In this document: positions 38,639-50,769 of the stretch, one piece after another | How the letters are laid out: each line of letters starts with the position of its first letter | Position numbering within the stretch: the first letter of the stretch is position 1 | Source of the DNA: Sphaerodactylus townsendi | Taxonomy: Eukaryota | DNA: 64,000 nt | Direction of reading: 5' to 3' | Assembly: GCF_021028975.2 (NCBI RefSeq) | Contig: NC_059429.1 | Coordinates: 67,270,001-67,334,000 of the forward strand | Translations under genes and position numbers: made by a program | Notes under the pieces: generated by a model | What the model saw: the letters and a program-made list of their open reading frames with translations, nothing else | Databases searched by the model: none | Told to the model about the DNA's origin: nothing

Positions 38639-38722
38639 ATCCCAGTGGAAATGTCCATCCAGAAATCATAAATGAGAGGGGAAACCCAAGTTATAAGTAT
38701 TTCTATACCAATGCTGAACAAG
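38639..38722 (+). CDS. TXNDC12: TXNDC12 exon 6 ([28 protein letters not shown])
   Basis: AG/GT boundaries after an 82-nt intron. Confidence 0.97.
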
Positions 38723-39415
38723 GTATGAACGGATTGGGTTCAAATTGCATTTCAGATCAGTTGACTACAGCAATGGGTAGCTTTCTGATGTATTTTGCCA
38801 AGTACTAGATTTTCTTTTTAACTAGAAAGGAGATAGAGATTGTACCTTGACCCTGGCCTAACTAAGGATAATAATCAGATATTGCTATGGGGAAAACCCT
38901 GGCCATGTTGCCTTTGGCTTCTGTAGTATAGCAACTGGAATATAAAGGGCCACAGATGAATATCCAGGCATATGGCAGGTCTTCAGGATCTCACCACAGG
39001 AGTCTTAATATTTAGAATAACTACTTCTGGAGCCTAGAGGAATTTTTAAGAGGTTTCCAGTTCAGCAGTGACAGATTGGAGTCAGAAATAAACATCACTG
39101 AGGCCTCCTTGCCAGTGGAGAAATGCATGGGACTCTTTGGATCTCAGCTGATCTTGTACATGCCTTCTCTTTCCAGTGCTAACAAAAAGGGTAAGGACAA
39201 TCTGACATACCACTTAAATTTTCTCTGCAGCTGGTCCACCACAGATGCATTTGAGCTGGATGCTTTGAATTGTGGTATGATATTCTGTTACAGTGACCTG
39301 GGCTTTGAGATCTTTCCTGCTCAGCTGGATAGATAGATAGGTTTCATGTGAGTTATTTAGAGCCAGCTCTTATTAAGATATTATTGAAACTGTGGACCTA
39401 AATTATGCCTTGGTG

Positions 39416-39885
39416 TGATGTAGGGGTGAGCCCGCGAACCCAGCAGAACCGTAGAAAGAGCGCCTGGAATGCCGGTGCCAGCTACGGCCTTCTGGGCGCA
39501 CACACTCCCCCAACCCCCGCTCCCCCGTGAGTCACGGGTCATGAACTGCCTGACTCGCGGTCACCAGGTGTCCCATACAAAGGGACAAAAGGGCCCTTGC
39601 CCTCAGGTGAGGATTAGACCCAGACGCGGATGCTTCCTCCTGCACGTAGCAGCCCGATGAGATCATGCATCACATGATGATCTCCCGTTCTCCCGGCCTC
39701 CCGCTCTCCCGCCTGTCCGACCCCTTTACACGCCCCTAGTGAAACCCTAATAAAAGGTGCAAGAGACGAGCACACGGCAGAGTTGCCAGGATCACGGGAT
39801 CCTGCGCTTCCTGTTGCTGGCTCTCTCCACCAGATGATATCTCCGCGTCTCGTCTCTTCCTTGCGACGCCGCGGGCACGACTTCA
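39416..39885. mobile_element. Solo LTR (about 470 bp) in TXNDC12 intron 6
   Basis: TGATGT...ACTTCA termini (TG..CA, imperfect inverted); GTG on both flanks; abrupt CpG-rich block; TAATAAAAGG at about 39748. Confidence 0.6.
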
Positions 39886-40462
39886 GTGTAGCCCTGTAAA
39901 TATTTGCTTAATATCTAATAATGTTCAAATGTATAAACCTGCATGTATGCCAGATTGCTTGTTTTTATGGAGCTGATTCTGAATTAAGATACTGAAGAAC
40001 CTGAGTGAAAGCAGAAGAACTTGGGATTCATTTTATATACCACCTTACTTTGAACTATTAGGACTATGATGTTGTTTTCTTTAAAAGGCTGTTCGTGTTA
40101 CCAGTTTTTCAGGGAAAAAGACACAATGAGACATGTAGGAGTCTTTCCAAAACTTAAAAGCTACATGAAAGGGCTAACACTAGACAGTAAATTTTCCAGT
40201 CCTGTTCTCTTCTTTTCTTATGTTGGGTAAAAGGATAGACAATGGCTGACCTTAAAAATATAAATAATGAAAGGGGAAAATGAAAAGGGTTGTATTGGCA
40301 CATTTGCTTAATCTATAATCATGCATTCAGACTATTTACTTTTCATCCATGTAGTCACGCTGTAAGCTTCACTTAGTTCTTAATGGTATTAATATCTTCT
40401 GTTATTCATCTGTTATATGAAATGAACCAAGCATGAAGCATCTTTTATTCTTAATATTACAG

Positions 40463-40542
40463 TTGTCCAAGGAATGAAGGAGGCTGAAGCAAAGCTGACG
40501 GGTGATGCTTTCAAGAAAAAACATCTTGGAGATGAATTATAA
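40463..40542 (+). CDS. TXNDC12: TXNDC12 last exon ([26 protein letters not shown])
   Basis: ttacag acceptor; KDEL-like end; joined CDS 91+61+53+74+70+84+80 = 513 nt = 170 aa. Confidence 0.97.
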
Positions 40543-41774
40543 TACAGCGGGAATGTGTTTTATATAAATTTGAAATCTAAGATAATGATTCCTTATCCTT
40601 CCTAAATACTTATCAGATATGGAATTGTAGCTGCACTGAGAAGACCTTTTCCTTATGGTAACTTCTTAGATCAAATACTCTCTAATTTTTTCACATAGTA
40701 AAATAAAGTAAAGCATTGTTTTCTCTCTTGTTTATACTGAAATGCCTATTTATAGGAGAAATAAAGCTAAATTACTTGCATTATTTAATAAAACAATGCC
40801 TTGATCCTGACAGTATTTAAAAAGAGTTTCACTGGTGTTTAACAGTGCAACCTTGAGGTGGGGGGGGGGACTCCTCAGGAGGTGGCATGACCCCGATGCT
40901 GGTGTACATGCCACTTGTGCCAGCATAATGGACATTGATGCTTTTGCAGAGGCACGTTGGTGCTGGTGAGCCTCAAGGCAGCACAATGCTCAAGTGCCAG
41001 TATCACTGCGACATCAGCACTGCTTTGGTTGGCCCGTGAGCCTTTTTGGCCTGGGAAGTCCCCATATCCAGACATAGACTTATAGGTGCAAAAAGATAGG
41101 TGCAGCCCATGGAACTGCATAGAACAGTTCTACAGGGGTTTGGGAAAACATCCCTGTTGGCTTACTAGACGCAGCGCAGCTAGCATCTTTGGAGGCAGTG
41201 TGGCTACCCCGGCATAACTACCCCCACCTCCTTAACTCTCCTTTATAAATTGCATTCCTTAACTGTTAGGAAATGGCTGATACATGATTTGTAGTGGGGA
41301 CATCAGTTTTACAGAATAATCCCCATACTTTTACTCTAAACATGCTTCCTATGAAGTGCTCTCTTTAGGGACTTCCAGGTAAGAATTTCAGGATTCCACT
41401 CTAGGGTTTTAAATCTTTCCCTGTGAATTATAATCACACATATGAGCCTTTGTACAGAGCCAAATACAGTGACAGTTCTGCTGTGGACAGTTCATTAAGT
41501 CGTTTTCTGGTCAGTTCAAGAAATAGCATGAAGAATATTGGATGTATAAATGCATCTCTCTTGTTATAGAACTACCTGTTCTCTTGCTTGTGTTTAGCCA
41601 GAAATATAACTCTTGCATTGTACGTTCATCTTTCTGTTATTTTGTAAGCAGAAGAGAAAGCACATATTTAAGTATTTTGTGCGTTAATCTACTCTTATTT
41701 GTTAAATGTTCTGGGTGAATACTTTGTCTCATCACACTGTACTGTATTTTTGTACCTGGGTTTTAAAAAAGTAC

Positions 41775-41780
41775 AATAAA
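41775..41780 (+). terminator. Candidate distal polyA signal of TXNDC12
   Basis: AATAAA with upstream TGTA elements and a downstream U-rich tract; proximal AATAAA cluster at 40702-40792. Confidence 0.5.
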
Positions 41781-42834
41781 ATTGATTTTTGATTTTCTTA
41801 TTTTTCACTTTTTTCTCAACTTCAGTGTCCTCTTTTTAGAAATCATGGGTTTAGTGTTGAAATTGTAGATTTCCTATTGAGTGTCTCTTCTTTTTCCTTC
41901 TCCCTTATGAAATTCATGCATAGGATATCTGTAGTCTTCATATCCAGTACTGAATATTAAGTGATCATAGTTGCAATGCTGAGAACACATTCCTGGGAGA
42001 AAGTCCCATTGACTAACATATGACCTACTTCAGAATAATCCTGATTTATGTCACTAAAACTTCTTGTTAGAATTTTATGACTCTTCAGTTGTTCTGAAGC
42101 TATACTTTAGCAAAATTAATAGAAAGGTCATTGTCTAAAAATTATTCATTCTCATGTGTAAAGAAAATATTCTATGGTTATAAAGAAACTTTCACCTCTT
42201 AAACTAAAAACTATTGTTCTTTGAACACCTAACATGTTTATTGCACATAAAGCAAGCTGTACTGTATACTAGCCAAATGGCGACACCTGTGAACATACTA
42301 TAATTTTTCAAAGGCTAAATTTTAAGAGGCATGTTCTGTGGTAAATGTTATGTTCAACATCCCTCTTAATATTATCTAATAAGGATTAAGGCTTTTAATG
42401 TTTTGTTGCTTAAAGAAAAAATCCTTTCTGGTTAATTTAGCAGCGTTTTAGTTTAAAAGGCAGTTTCTCCTTTTTTTCAGTGGCTTTTCATGATCTCTCT
42501 CGAACTCATTTCTTTTCATTTGAAGATCTGCTGACATTGAGTCAAATGTGCAATGACCTTCCCAAGAAGGTGCACACAAGCTCTGCAACATTAATTCATT
42601 CAGAGTGCTGCATTAATGTTTTCTGATGTTGTCTCTAAGGGCTAGTTTACACATGAATACCCTCCCCTTTGCAATTTTATCATAACAATGTGAACCTGCC
42701 AGAGCTGAACTTATCTGGAGGCACTGTTTATGTAAACTAGTAGTTGCACATGATATACACATAAGTACACATATACACGGGCCATGAATTGCAAAAATGT
42801 TGAACCTAAACTTCGGGTGTGTGTGTGTGTGTGT

Positions 42835-43803
42835 TAGTGATGCTGCCCACGGGTTGGATTTGGCCCCTTGAGAGGGCTTATCAGGTCCATGAGTCAGATG
42901 AGGTAACCTCCCTCACCTCTCATCTGACCTGGCAATCCCACTGCAGGCTCATCAGCTAAGGTAGCTGCCACCACCTAATGCTGGCCACCTCCAGCATTAT
43001 TCTGGACTGGTGAATCTGTTGCAGGATCCCAATTGATATATCAGTTCAGATTACCACACCCTACTCCCAATCTGCCCTGGCAAGACTGTTGTGGGCTAGC
43101 CAATTTAGGCACCCCGCTCCCAATTCAGCCTGGTGAGACTGTTGTGAGCTGGCCAGTCCAGACACCCACCCCACCTTGCTTCCAATCTGTCCTAGTGAAC
43201 CCCCCTTCCTGCAAGTCACACTTTGAGCACACCAGCTAAGACAGCCACCATGTCCTAGTGCTCATCTGGGCTAGCAAGCCTGCTGTGGGCTCGCCAGCCA
43301 AGGCAGCCACCCCTTCCAGTGCCAAGGATCACCCCCAGTGCCAATCTAGGCTGGCGAACTTTCTTCAGAATTACCCACTACTGCAGCCACACACACACAA
43401 ATACCCATGCTGATCTCGACTGACAAGCCTCCTGTGGGCCCCTCAGCTGAGGCCCCCTCCCCAGTGCTGATCTGGGCTGGCAAGGCTGCTGAGAACTTGT
43501 CGGCTGAGGAAGCTGCTCTCCCCCCTAGTGCCACCCACCTCCCTCAGTGCTGATCTGGACTGGTAAGGCTGCTGCAAGGTTGTCAGCTGAGACAACTACC
43601 CCCCACCCAAGCCAAGGTAGCCATCCCATCCCCAATACAGGATCAGCAGCCAAGGCAGCCACGCCTCCCCTAGAACTGATCTGGGCTAGTGAAGCTGCTG
43701 TGGACTTGCCAGCAGAGGCAGTCTCTTCCCACCAGTCCCCGCCCAACCAAGTAACATTTATGTCATATCCGGCCCTTGTAACAAATAAGTTCAACACCCT
43801 TGC
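42835..43803. mobile_element. Decayed hAT (Charlie-like) non-autonomous element with internal ~70-bp degenerate tandem repeats
   Basis: Recurrent GTGCTGATCTGGGCTGGCAAGGCTGCTG...TCAGCTGAGG units (43255-43720); right end AAGTTCAACACCCTTG-CTCTA resembles a hAT TIR and target site. Confidence 0.5.
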
Positions 43804-45329
43804 TCTATTGGAATGGTTGCCTATGGATGTATTCTCTAGAGGTGATGGTACCCACAAATGTACTTGCATATGAGTTTGGCCCAGAACAGTTCTTTGGGAA
43901 CTAGGGGACCAGGCCATTAGTTGGTTGTTGTTACTGGTTTCAGTGTGTGTAATATGCTAACATCATTTTTTGCATTTGCTGCAGTATGTTTCTACTGTAG
44001 TTCTTTCTGTCATGCCTATTGGTTTAAATTCTTATTGAGAAGAAAGAATGAATGTTGTGGAAATTTCTCTGGATTTATTTACATTATGAAAAATTACTTC
44101 TTTACAAAAATGTATTTTGCAAAACTGCATAAATGCATAGGCTTGGAAAGTTGTTTAAAGCAACTTTAAAAAGTGCATACTCTTCTGTTTACCACTAGGT
44201 GGAGTAGCTTGTCTGCTCATTGTAGGTATAATGTGTAATTTAATAAACCAACAGATTTATTTTATGTCCTGTATCTATGGTTTCCTGTACTGTTGAGCCT
44301 GTTCACAGTAATCTAGAATTTAGAAACACTCATTTTTAAAAAATGAAAAAACCCCAAGAATAAGATTTTGATAGTCTATGGAGGTGTAGTACCTAAATGT
44401 TGTCTTTTCATCTTTTCTGAAGAGTGGTAAAAATGTACCAACTATGTTTTCCTAAGTAAGAAACAGCTGTTTACAAGTGAAATACGATATATCTATTGTC
44501 ATGAGGTACAGTCACAGTGATGTTTTTGTATGGCTTGTGTTTGAATTTAAAGGGAAACAGTAGGTTGTGGGGTTCAGGATGTTGCAAATTCAGTAGTAGT
44601 ACAGTAAATGGGTGTGAAAAACAAATTACTTGTAGTTTACAATATAGGTTCTATCTGACCACAGGAAAACTCAATCACGTACATACCTGGAGCTGCATTT
44701 GCTGAATGTGAAGGACTGGGTGAATAATTTGCTGAAATCTACTGGAAACGGGAAATGTGTACACACCTAGGTTGCTAGGTTTCATATAGTGAAGCTCAGC
44801 ATGTTGAGTATGCATTAAGTATACAGAGGTTGCCAGCGTCAGCTGGTGGCTCAAAGTGTATAGCTCTTATTCTACATAAATGTATATGTGTGCCTGGAGA
44901 TCATGGTGGGATATATACAAGGGAGATACATAATGGCTGTTGGTTGCCCCCATACTTCCTCTTTTCGAATCAGTTTTTGTGGGCTCCTTAAAGACTTTAC
45001 CTTTTAAGGCAAGGGGTAGCTACAGTTTAGTAGCCAGGAAAGGACACTCTGCACATGTTCAAAGGCACTGCATTCTTTTGTTGGACATGTGACAGCCTAA
45101 ACAAGACTGCACTGGTTGTGGTAGGAATAGTGGGGTGTATCTGTTGGGAGAAGTATGAGTAGGACCAGTTGACAGGTGAGAGGAACCCCCTCAGCAGTGT
45201 GGGCTGCTGGGCTCAGACCGATGCTGTCGCTTGCCCTCTCTGCGATGATTTCTTCTGATCTCGACACATAAGAAAAAAAGGACGAGGGACTTTCCCCCCT
45301 TGATCTGCTAAACTCCGCCCCCTGAGGCG

Positions 45330-45486
45330 GTCCTCTGTGCCAGGCGGGGAGGATCCACTGCAACTGGACAGATACTTTTCCCTGAAAAGGTCTGTGCAGC
45401 CAGCGGCGCTGCTTGGGAGTCTCCAGCCCCTGTTCCTTGTCTATTCGCTCCTTGTGTAGCCAGCGGCTCCATCACCTGCGGCTCAG
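45330..45486 (+). other. RAB3B: Probable non-coding first exon, likely RAB3B; intron 1 would extend beyond the window
   Basis: Local CpG-rich block 45200-45780, GC box CTCCGCCCCC 45314-23, strong donor CAG|GTAAGA. Identity from synteny only; no Rab coding exon seen. Confidence 0.5.
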
Positions 45487-45884
45487 GTAAGAGCACGAAT
45501 GGTAAGGCTGGCTTCTGCCCAACTTCGTCCAGCCAGCGGGTGGTCCCCGGCATGGCTCCTCTCTCGATCTCCCCTTTAGGATCGTGGTCCATCCTGACAA
45601 GCCCACTGGATCCTGTGCCGTTACTGCGAAGGAAAGGAGAGCTGCAGAGCGCTTGGGAGAGTGCGGGGTTTGGGAAATAAAAGGCAGCAGAAGGGTTTAT
45701 CGAAGCTCAACTTCAGTAATGATTTAGCTCGGGAAGCTCCTTCTAGTGCCGTCCTGGAACTCCTACAGAAACAAGAGCGCCTCTGAGTAATATGCAGAGG
45801 ATATTTTCCTTACCACTGACTTGTCTTGATCAACCCCTTCTCCAGATTTTTCCAGTTAAAGTTTTGGCATATTTTATTTTAGAA

Positions 45885-46121
45885 TGTGTTGTCGAAGGCT
45901 TTCATGGCCGGATTCAACTGGTTGTGGTGGGTTTTTCTGGGCTGTGTGGCTGTGGTCTGGTAGATCTTGTTCTTAACGTTTCGCCTGCATCTGTGGCTGG
46001 CATCTTCAGAGGTGTATCACAGAGAGAAGTCTGTTAGTGTACCTCTGAAGATGCCAGCCACAGATGCAGTATAGATCTGTTCCACAGGCTCGCTGTCAAG
46101 ACAAATCTGAACCACAACCAG
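45885..46121 (-). mobile_element. Penelope-like fold-back insertion with hammerhead core
   Basis: 12-bp TSD TTTATTTTAGAA (45873-84 / 46122-33); inverted partial duplication; hammerhead-like core on minus strand 45971-46013. Confidence 0.85.
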
Positions 46122-46478
46122 TTTATTTTAGAAATTGGTAATTTTTGCCTCTGAAATACGGGAGGAGGAAGAACTTGGAGAGGGTTTTTTTGGCTTTCTC
46201 CTACCTAGTACCATGCAAGGTCTAGAAATGCAAGGGTCCAGGTGAATTTCATTCAGAATCTAAAATACCAATACAGAATGGGACAGTTTCTTTTTGCTTT
46301 GTTCTAAAGGGCATTTTGAATTAAATGGGTTACATGTGTAAAAAGACCAAGCTTTCCTGTTTTAATTCAAAGGTGATGTAAAGACTCAGCAAGTTGTTAC
46401 CTCCAGTATCTTATATTAATCATCTCTCTGCAAAAGTATATACTTTCATAACAAATGGGAAAACATAATGAATTATGT

Positions 46479-46575
46479 ATTGTCGAAGGCTTTCATGGCC
46501 GGATTCAACTGGTTCTGGTGGGTTTTCCAGGCTGTGTGACCAGACCACAGCCACACAGCCCAGAAAACCCACCAG
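46479..46575 (-). mobile_element. Very short Penelope-like fold-back insertion lacking the hammerhead core
   Basis: Direct flanks AACATAATGAATTATGT (46462-78 / 46576-92); same terminus TTGTCGAAGGCTTTCATGGCCGGATTCAACTGG as 45889; internal inverted repeat. Confidence 0.85.
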
Positions 46576-49002
46576 AACATAATGAATTATGTTTACTTTT
46601 AATTTAGAGTATGGTCCTTTGCTTTGCTTTATACAGTTATTCTATTAAAATGTACACCAGAAGTGCTAATTGTGAAGATATTTGCTGATTCTTGAATTTT
46701 CTACGTGAACGAATCAACTGGTTTAATTTTTGAAAACGCAAATTATTTTAATACTCTGTCTTCATTATTTTGAATGGGACTTTTGATTTTGGCTGATCTG
46801 TGGTATATTGGACAGTAGCTCATAATGTGTAGACTTTAACTTTGTGTGAAATAAATAAGGGTTTTGTGTGTTGCATAATAGGAAATAATGAATGGAAAGA
46901 GCAAGATATGCTAGAGAGAGCATTGTGTGGGTATGCTAAACATTAATGCAGCACTAATGTTGAACGATGTTTCCACATGAAGCGATTGTAGATATTATGG
47001 AGCATCATAGGATTACTATACTAATTTTTTTAAGAATAACAAGTTACTTGGAACTGGGAAGACTGTTTTGGGAAGCCACTGGGTCCTGAAATGAAGGACA
47101 AATTTGAACTGACTGTCAGTGATCAGTTGGCAGTCAGTGATCATGATTTAATATGCTTCTCTGAATACACAGATATACACTGAATTCTCAGATAGTAGCC
47201 ACCCAGAATTGCCCACTTTAATCAATAAAATAAAGGATAACTGGCAAGCTTTGTGAATAGGTTCTATTACTATTGCACCAAAGCAGCTTTTGCAAAATGC
47301 AGAAACTAAATTTACAGCCAGGAAATCCAGGTTACAGTTTCAGAATATATTATAATGAAAAATGATGCAAATGAGACAGATTTGTTGGTTAGGTACTATG
47401 CTAAGCAAGCAACTGATTTGCATGTATACAATGAGGATTTCGTTGTAGGGGCTGAGCAGTGAGAGAACAGGGACACAGTGAGCAATAGAAGCCTTGGAGC
47501 ATTTCAAATATAGAGGCACTTCTGACGGGGAGGGGAATAATGGAGGAGCATTGACCTGGGTCAATAACAACCACTGAGCTCCAGATTAGTCTGGTAATGT
47601 TCTGTAGACAAAAATTCATTCTGATTCTTTGGACATTGACAAATTTTTCCTAGAGGCCATAAATGCAATATAAATGCATGTTTTAAAAATCTTTGGTAAG
47701 AGAAACCAAGCTTTACTGGTAGACAAATTGTTTTTAGAGTTGAAAGAAAGATGATTTGAAGGAGCACAGTTTGTTTTAGCTTTTCTTCAGATTTTAACCC
47801 TTATTTTGTAATATGTTGACTGATTTTCCCATAATTTCCTGTAAAGTGTGATAGACTAAGAAACAGACAAAATGATAACAATGGACTGTTGATATTTCAA
47901 TCTTTTGTTGGGCTTCTTATTTTGTTTTCATTAATAATCCATTTTAAGGTAGTTTGAAATACATAAACATTCAGCCCAACCCAATCTGTCTCATCTGCTA
48001 AAATCTTGTTGTGTATAAAATCATCAGCATATCAGCTTTGCATCAAACGATCTCTCAGTGCACACACTTAAAAGTAACAGTACTTCGAATACTTCTCAGT
48101 AAAGTATTTCTATGATGAATTATCGCAGTGATGGATTTTGCCATTATTAATTACGAAATATAACAGGCTTCCTGTTCTACAGCATACTTAAAGGCACCAG
48201 CTTTAAAGTCTAGATACACCCCCTCAAATTTAAAACTGTTTATAATCAGAGCATTTCGTAGCACCACACAACTTGTATTTCAACTGCATTGATTAAAAAC
48301 ATATACCATCAGCAGACTATGGGATCAGAAAATACCTTGTTTTCAGAATTGCTTATATGTTTGTGACAGATGTGAAACATTGACATTGATACAGTTGGAA
48401 AGAGGGCAGCTGCTGAAAGTTTATTCTTTCCGCCTCTCTTTTCTGATGCTCCAGAACAAGAACTGCAGAGATTTGGTTGAGGTTGGAGCATTGCCATACT
48501 GGAGAGCAAGACAGCAAGGGTGGGTTATAAACAGTTACTGAGACTGAAGTCTATTTAGGCACCTTGTGCCGTGTAACTCATGTTCTGGTGAACAGCACTA
48601 TTACTACATGTCTCTCCTCAGTAACTGATTTTTAATATCAATCTTCAATACAAATTCATTAATCTTATGGATGTACAGGCATCTGATGAAGAGTTATGAT
48701 TCATTGAAACCTACTCTGGAATAAATGTTGGTCACCAAAATTGCCACTGGATGCCTGCTTACAGGTCTGTTTACCCCCTTACTCCAAAAGTAGTGTATGA
48801 GTTTTCCCCTTATGTTCTGTCCATTTTCATTTGCCTATATCTTAGCTTCCACAGGGGACTCGGCAATAGATTGTTTAAAATGCATTTGATAATGCATATG
48901 TCACCTTTCCGCCATTGTTTTGAAAATGGTTTACAATTCAAAAGAATGCCTTTAACATACAACACCTAATAAAGAAAAGGATAGAAAATGAAGAAGATAG
49001 CA

Positions 49003-49141
49003 AATTTGGGTACTAATTGTACAACAAGAACACAATTGTACAATTTGGGTACTAATTGTACAACAATTAGGTACAAATTGTACAATTTGGGTACTAATTG
49101 TACAACAAGAACACAATTGTACAACAAGAACACAATTGTAC
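49003..49141. repeat. Irregular tandem repeat (~39-bp unit, about 3.5 copies) abutting a CR1 tail
   Basis: AATTTGGGTACTAATTGTACAACAAGAACACAATTGTAC repeated with variants. Confidence 0.9.
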
Positions 49142-50605
49142 ATAACAACACAAGAAGAGCCCTACTGCATCAGACTAGTGGTCCATCTAGTCCAGCAACC
49201 TGTCTACATAGTCCCCCTAGATGTCTGACAGAAGGGTACAGAGGCCAAAACCTTTCCCAGATCTTTCCTTCTGGCATTGGGATTCAGAGATTGTCTTAAT
49301 GTAGGGGTTCCCTTTAGCCACTGTGGTCAGTAGACACTGTTAGATCTATCCTCCATGAATCTATGTAATCTCCTCTTAAAGCTGTCTGTGGCCACAATTC
49401 CATCTTCTGGCAGTGAATTCTGCCATTTTAATCACTCTCTGTGTAAAGTATATATTTATTTATTTATTTTATTAAACTTTTATACCACCCCATCCCCGAA
49501 GTGCTCTGGGCGGTGCACAACATATAAAATACAATATAAAATGATAATATATAAAAGCAGCGATAAAAATTTCCAAGTCTTAGTCCAATTTTAAAAATTC
49601 AAAATTTGAATTTAAATTTGAGTGTGAGGTGGCATCCAGCAATCCAATAACATAAAGTCCCTCTATATGACTCTACTGCTCAATAGCTTCACTGAACGCC
49701 CTCAAGTTCTAGTATTTTTGGAGAGGGAAAAATGATATTTTTGTCAATTCTCTCCACCAGGTGCATAGTTTTATAAACCTCGATCATGTCCACTCCTAAT
49801 CACCTGCTTTCTAAATTAAAAAGTCCCAGACTCTTCAGCCTTTCCTCATGGGGAAGGTACTCCAACCCCCAATCATCTTGGTTGTCTTTTTCTATACTTT
49901 TTTCAGGTCTACAGTGTCCTTTTGCTTAGAACTGTGAACAGTATTCCAAATGAGGCTTCCTCATAGATTTATACACAGGCATTATAATATTGGCTGTTTC
50001 ATTTTCAATCCCTTCCCTAACTGTCTCCAACACAGAGTGTGCATTTTTCACCACTGCAGCACGCTGGGTTAACGCTTTCATTGAGCTACCTGCTATGACC
50101 CTAAGATATTTTTTCCAGTCAATCTCAGCAAATTCAGGCCCCTCCTCGACCAGTACACGAAGTTAGGGGTGTTCCAATGTGCTTCACCTTACACTGAATG
50201 TCTCCTGCTTTGTTGTTGCCCACTCACTCAACATGTCCAGGAGCTCTTCACAGTCAGACTTAGTTTTCATCTTCCTGAATAATTTGGCATCATCTGCAAA
50301 CTTGATCATTACATTGCTCATCCCTAGTTACAGATTAGTCATGAACAAAATTAAAGTCCCAGCCTCCATACCAATCTTTGTGGGGCCCCACTGATGACAT
50401 CACTCCATTGAGAGAACAATCCATTTATTCTTACTTTTTGCTTCCTGTCATTAATGAATGTTTGATCCATGAGAGAACCCATCCTCTTATCCCACGAGGT
50501 ACCTTGTGAAAACCCTTTTGAAAGTTCAAGTATATGATGCCTACTGTGTCACTATTGTCTAGATGTTCACTTTCTTAAAGAACTCCAAAATGTTGGTGAA
50601 GCAGT
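49141..50605 (-). mobile_element. Decayed CR1 LINE (RT and 3' end), interrupted by an L2-like tail at about 49450-49670
   Basis: Reverse-complement similarity to the CR1 at 62.7-64 kb (e.g. GCATCATCTGCAAACTT = KFADD; CAGTATTCCAAATGAGG = PHLEYC). Confidence 0.75.
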
Positions 50606-50769
50606 TATAATTTATAACTGATAACGAAATGGGACAGCTGCTTCGAGGCATAGTTTGGGGAGGGGTGGAGGCAAATGGTAGTGTGGTTGGTCCTATCCAG
50701 GCCCATGGAGTGAGCATCACTTTTCCCTCTGATGTATTCAGTAAAATAGTTGCTAGTAGATGCAGTTTG

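Noticed and set aside
49003-49141. CRISPR-like appearance of ~39-bp repeats
   Set aside because: Eukaryotic context, no unique spacers, no cas genes; it is a tandem duplication
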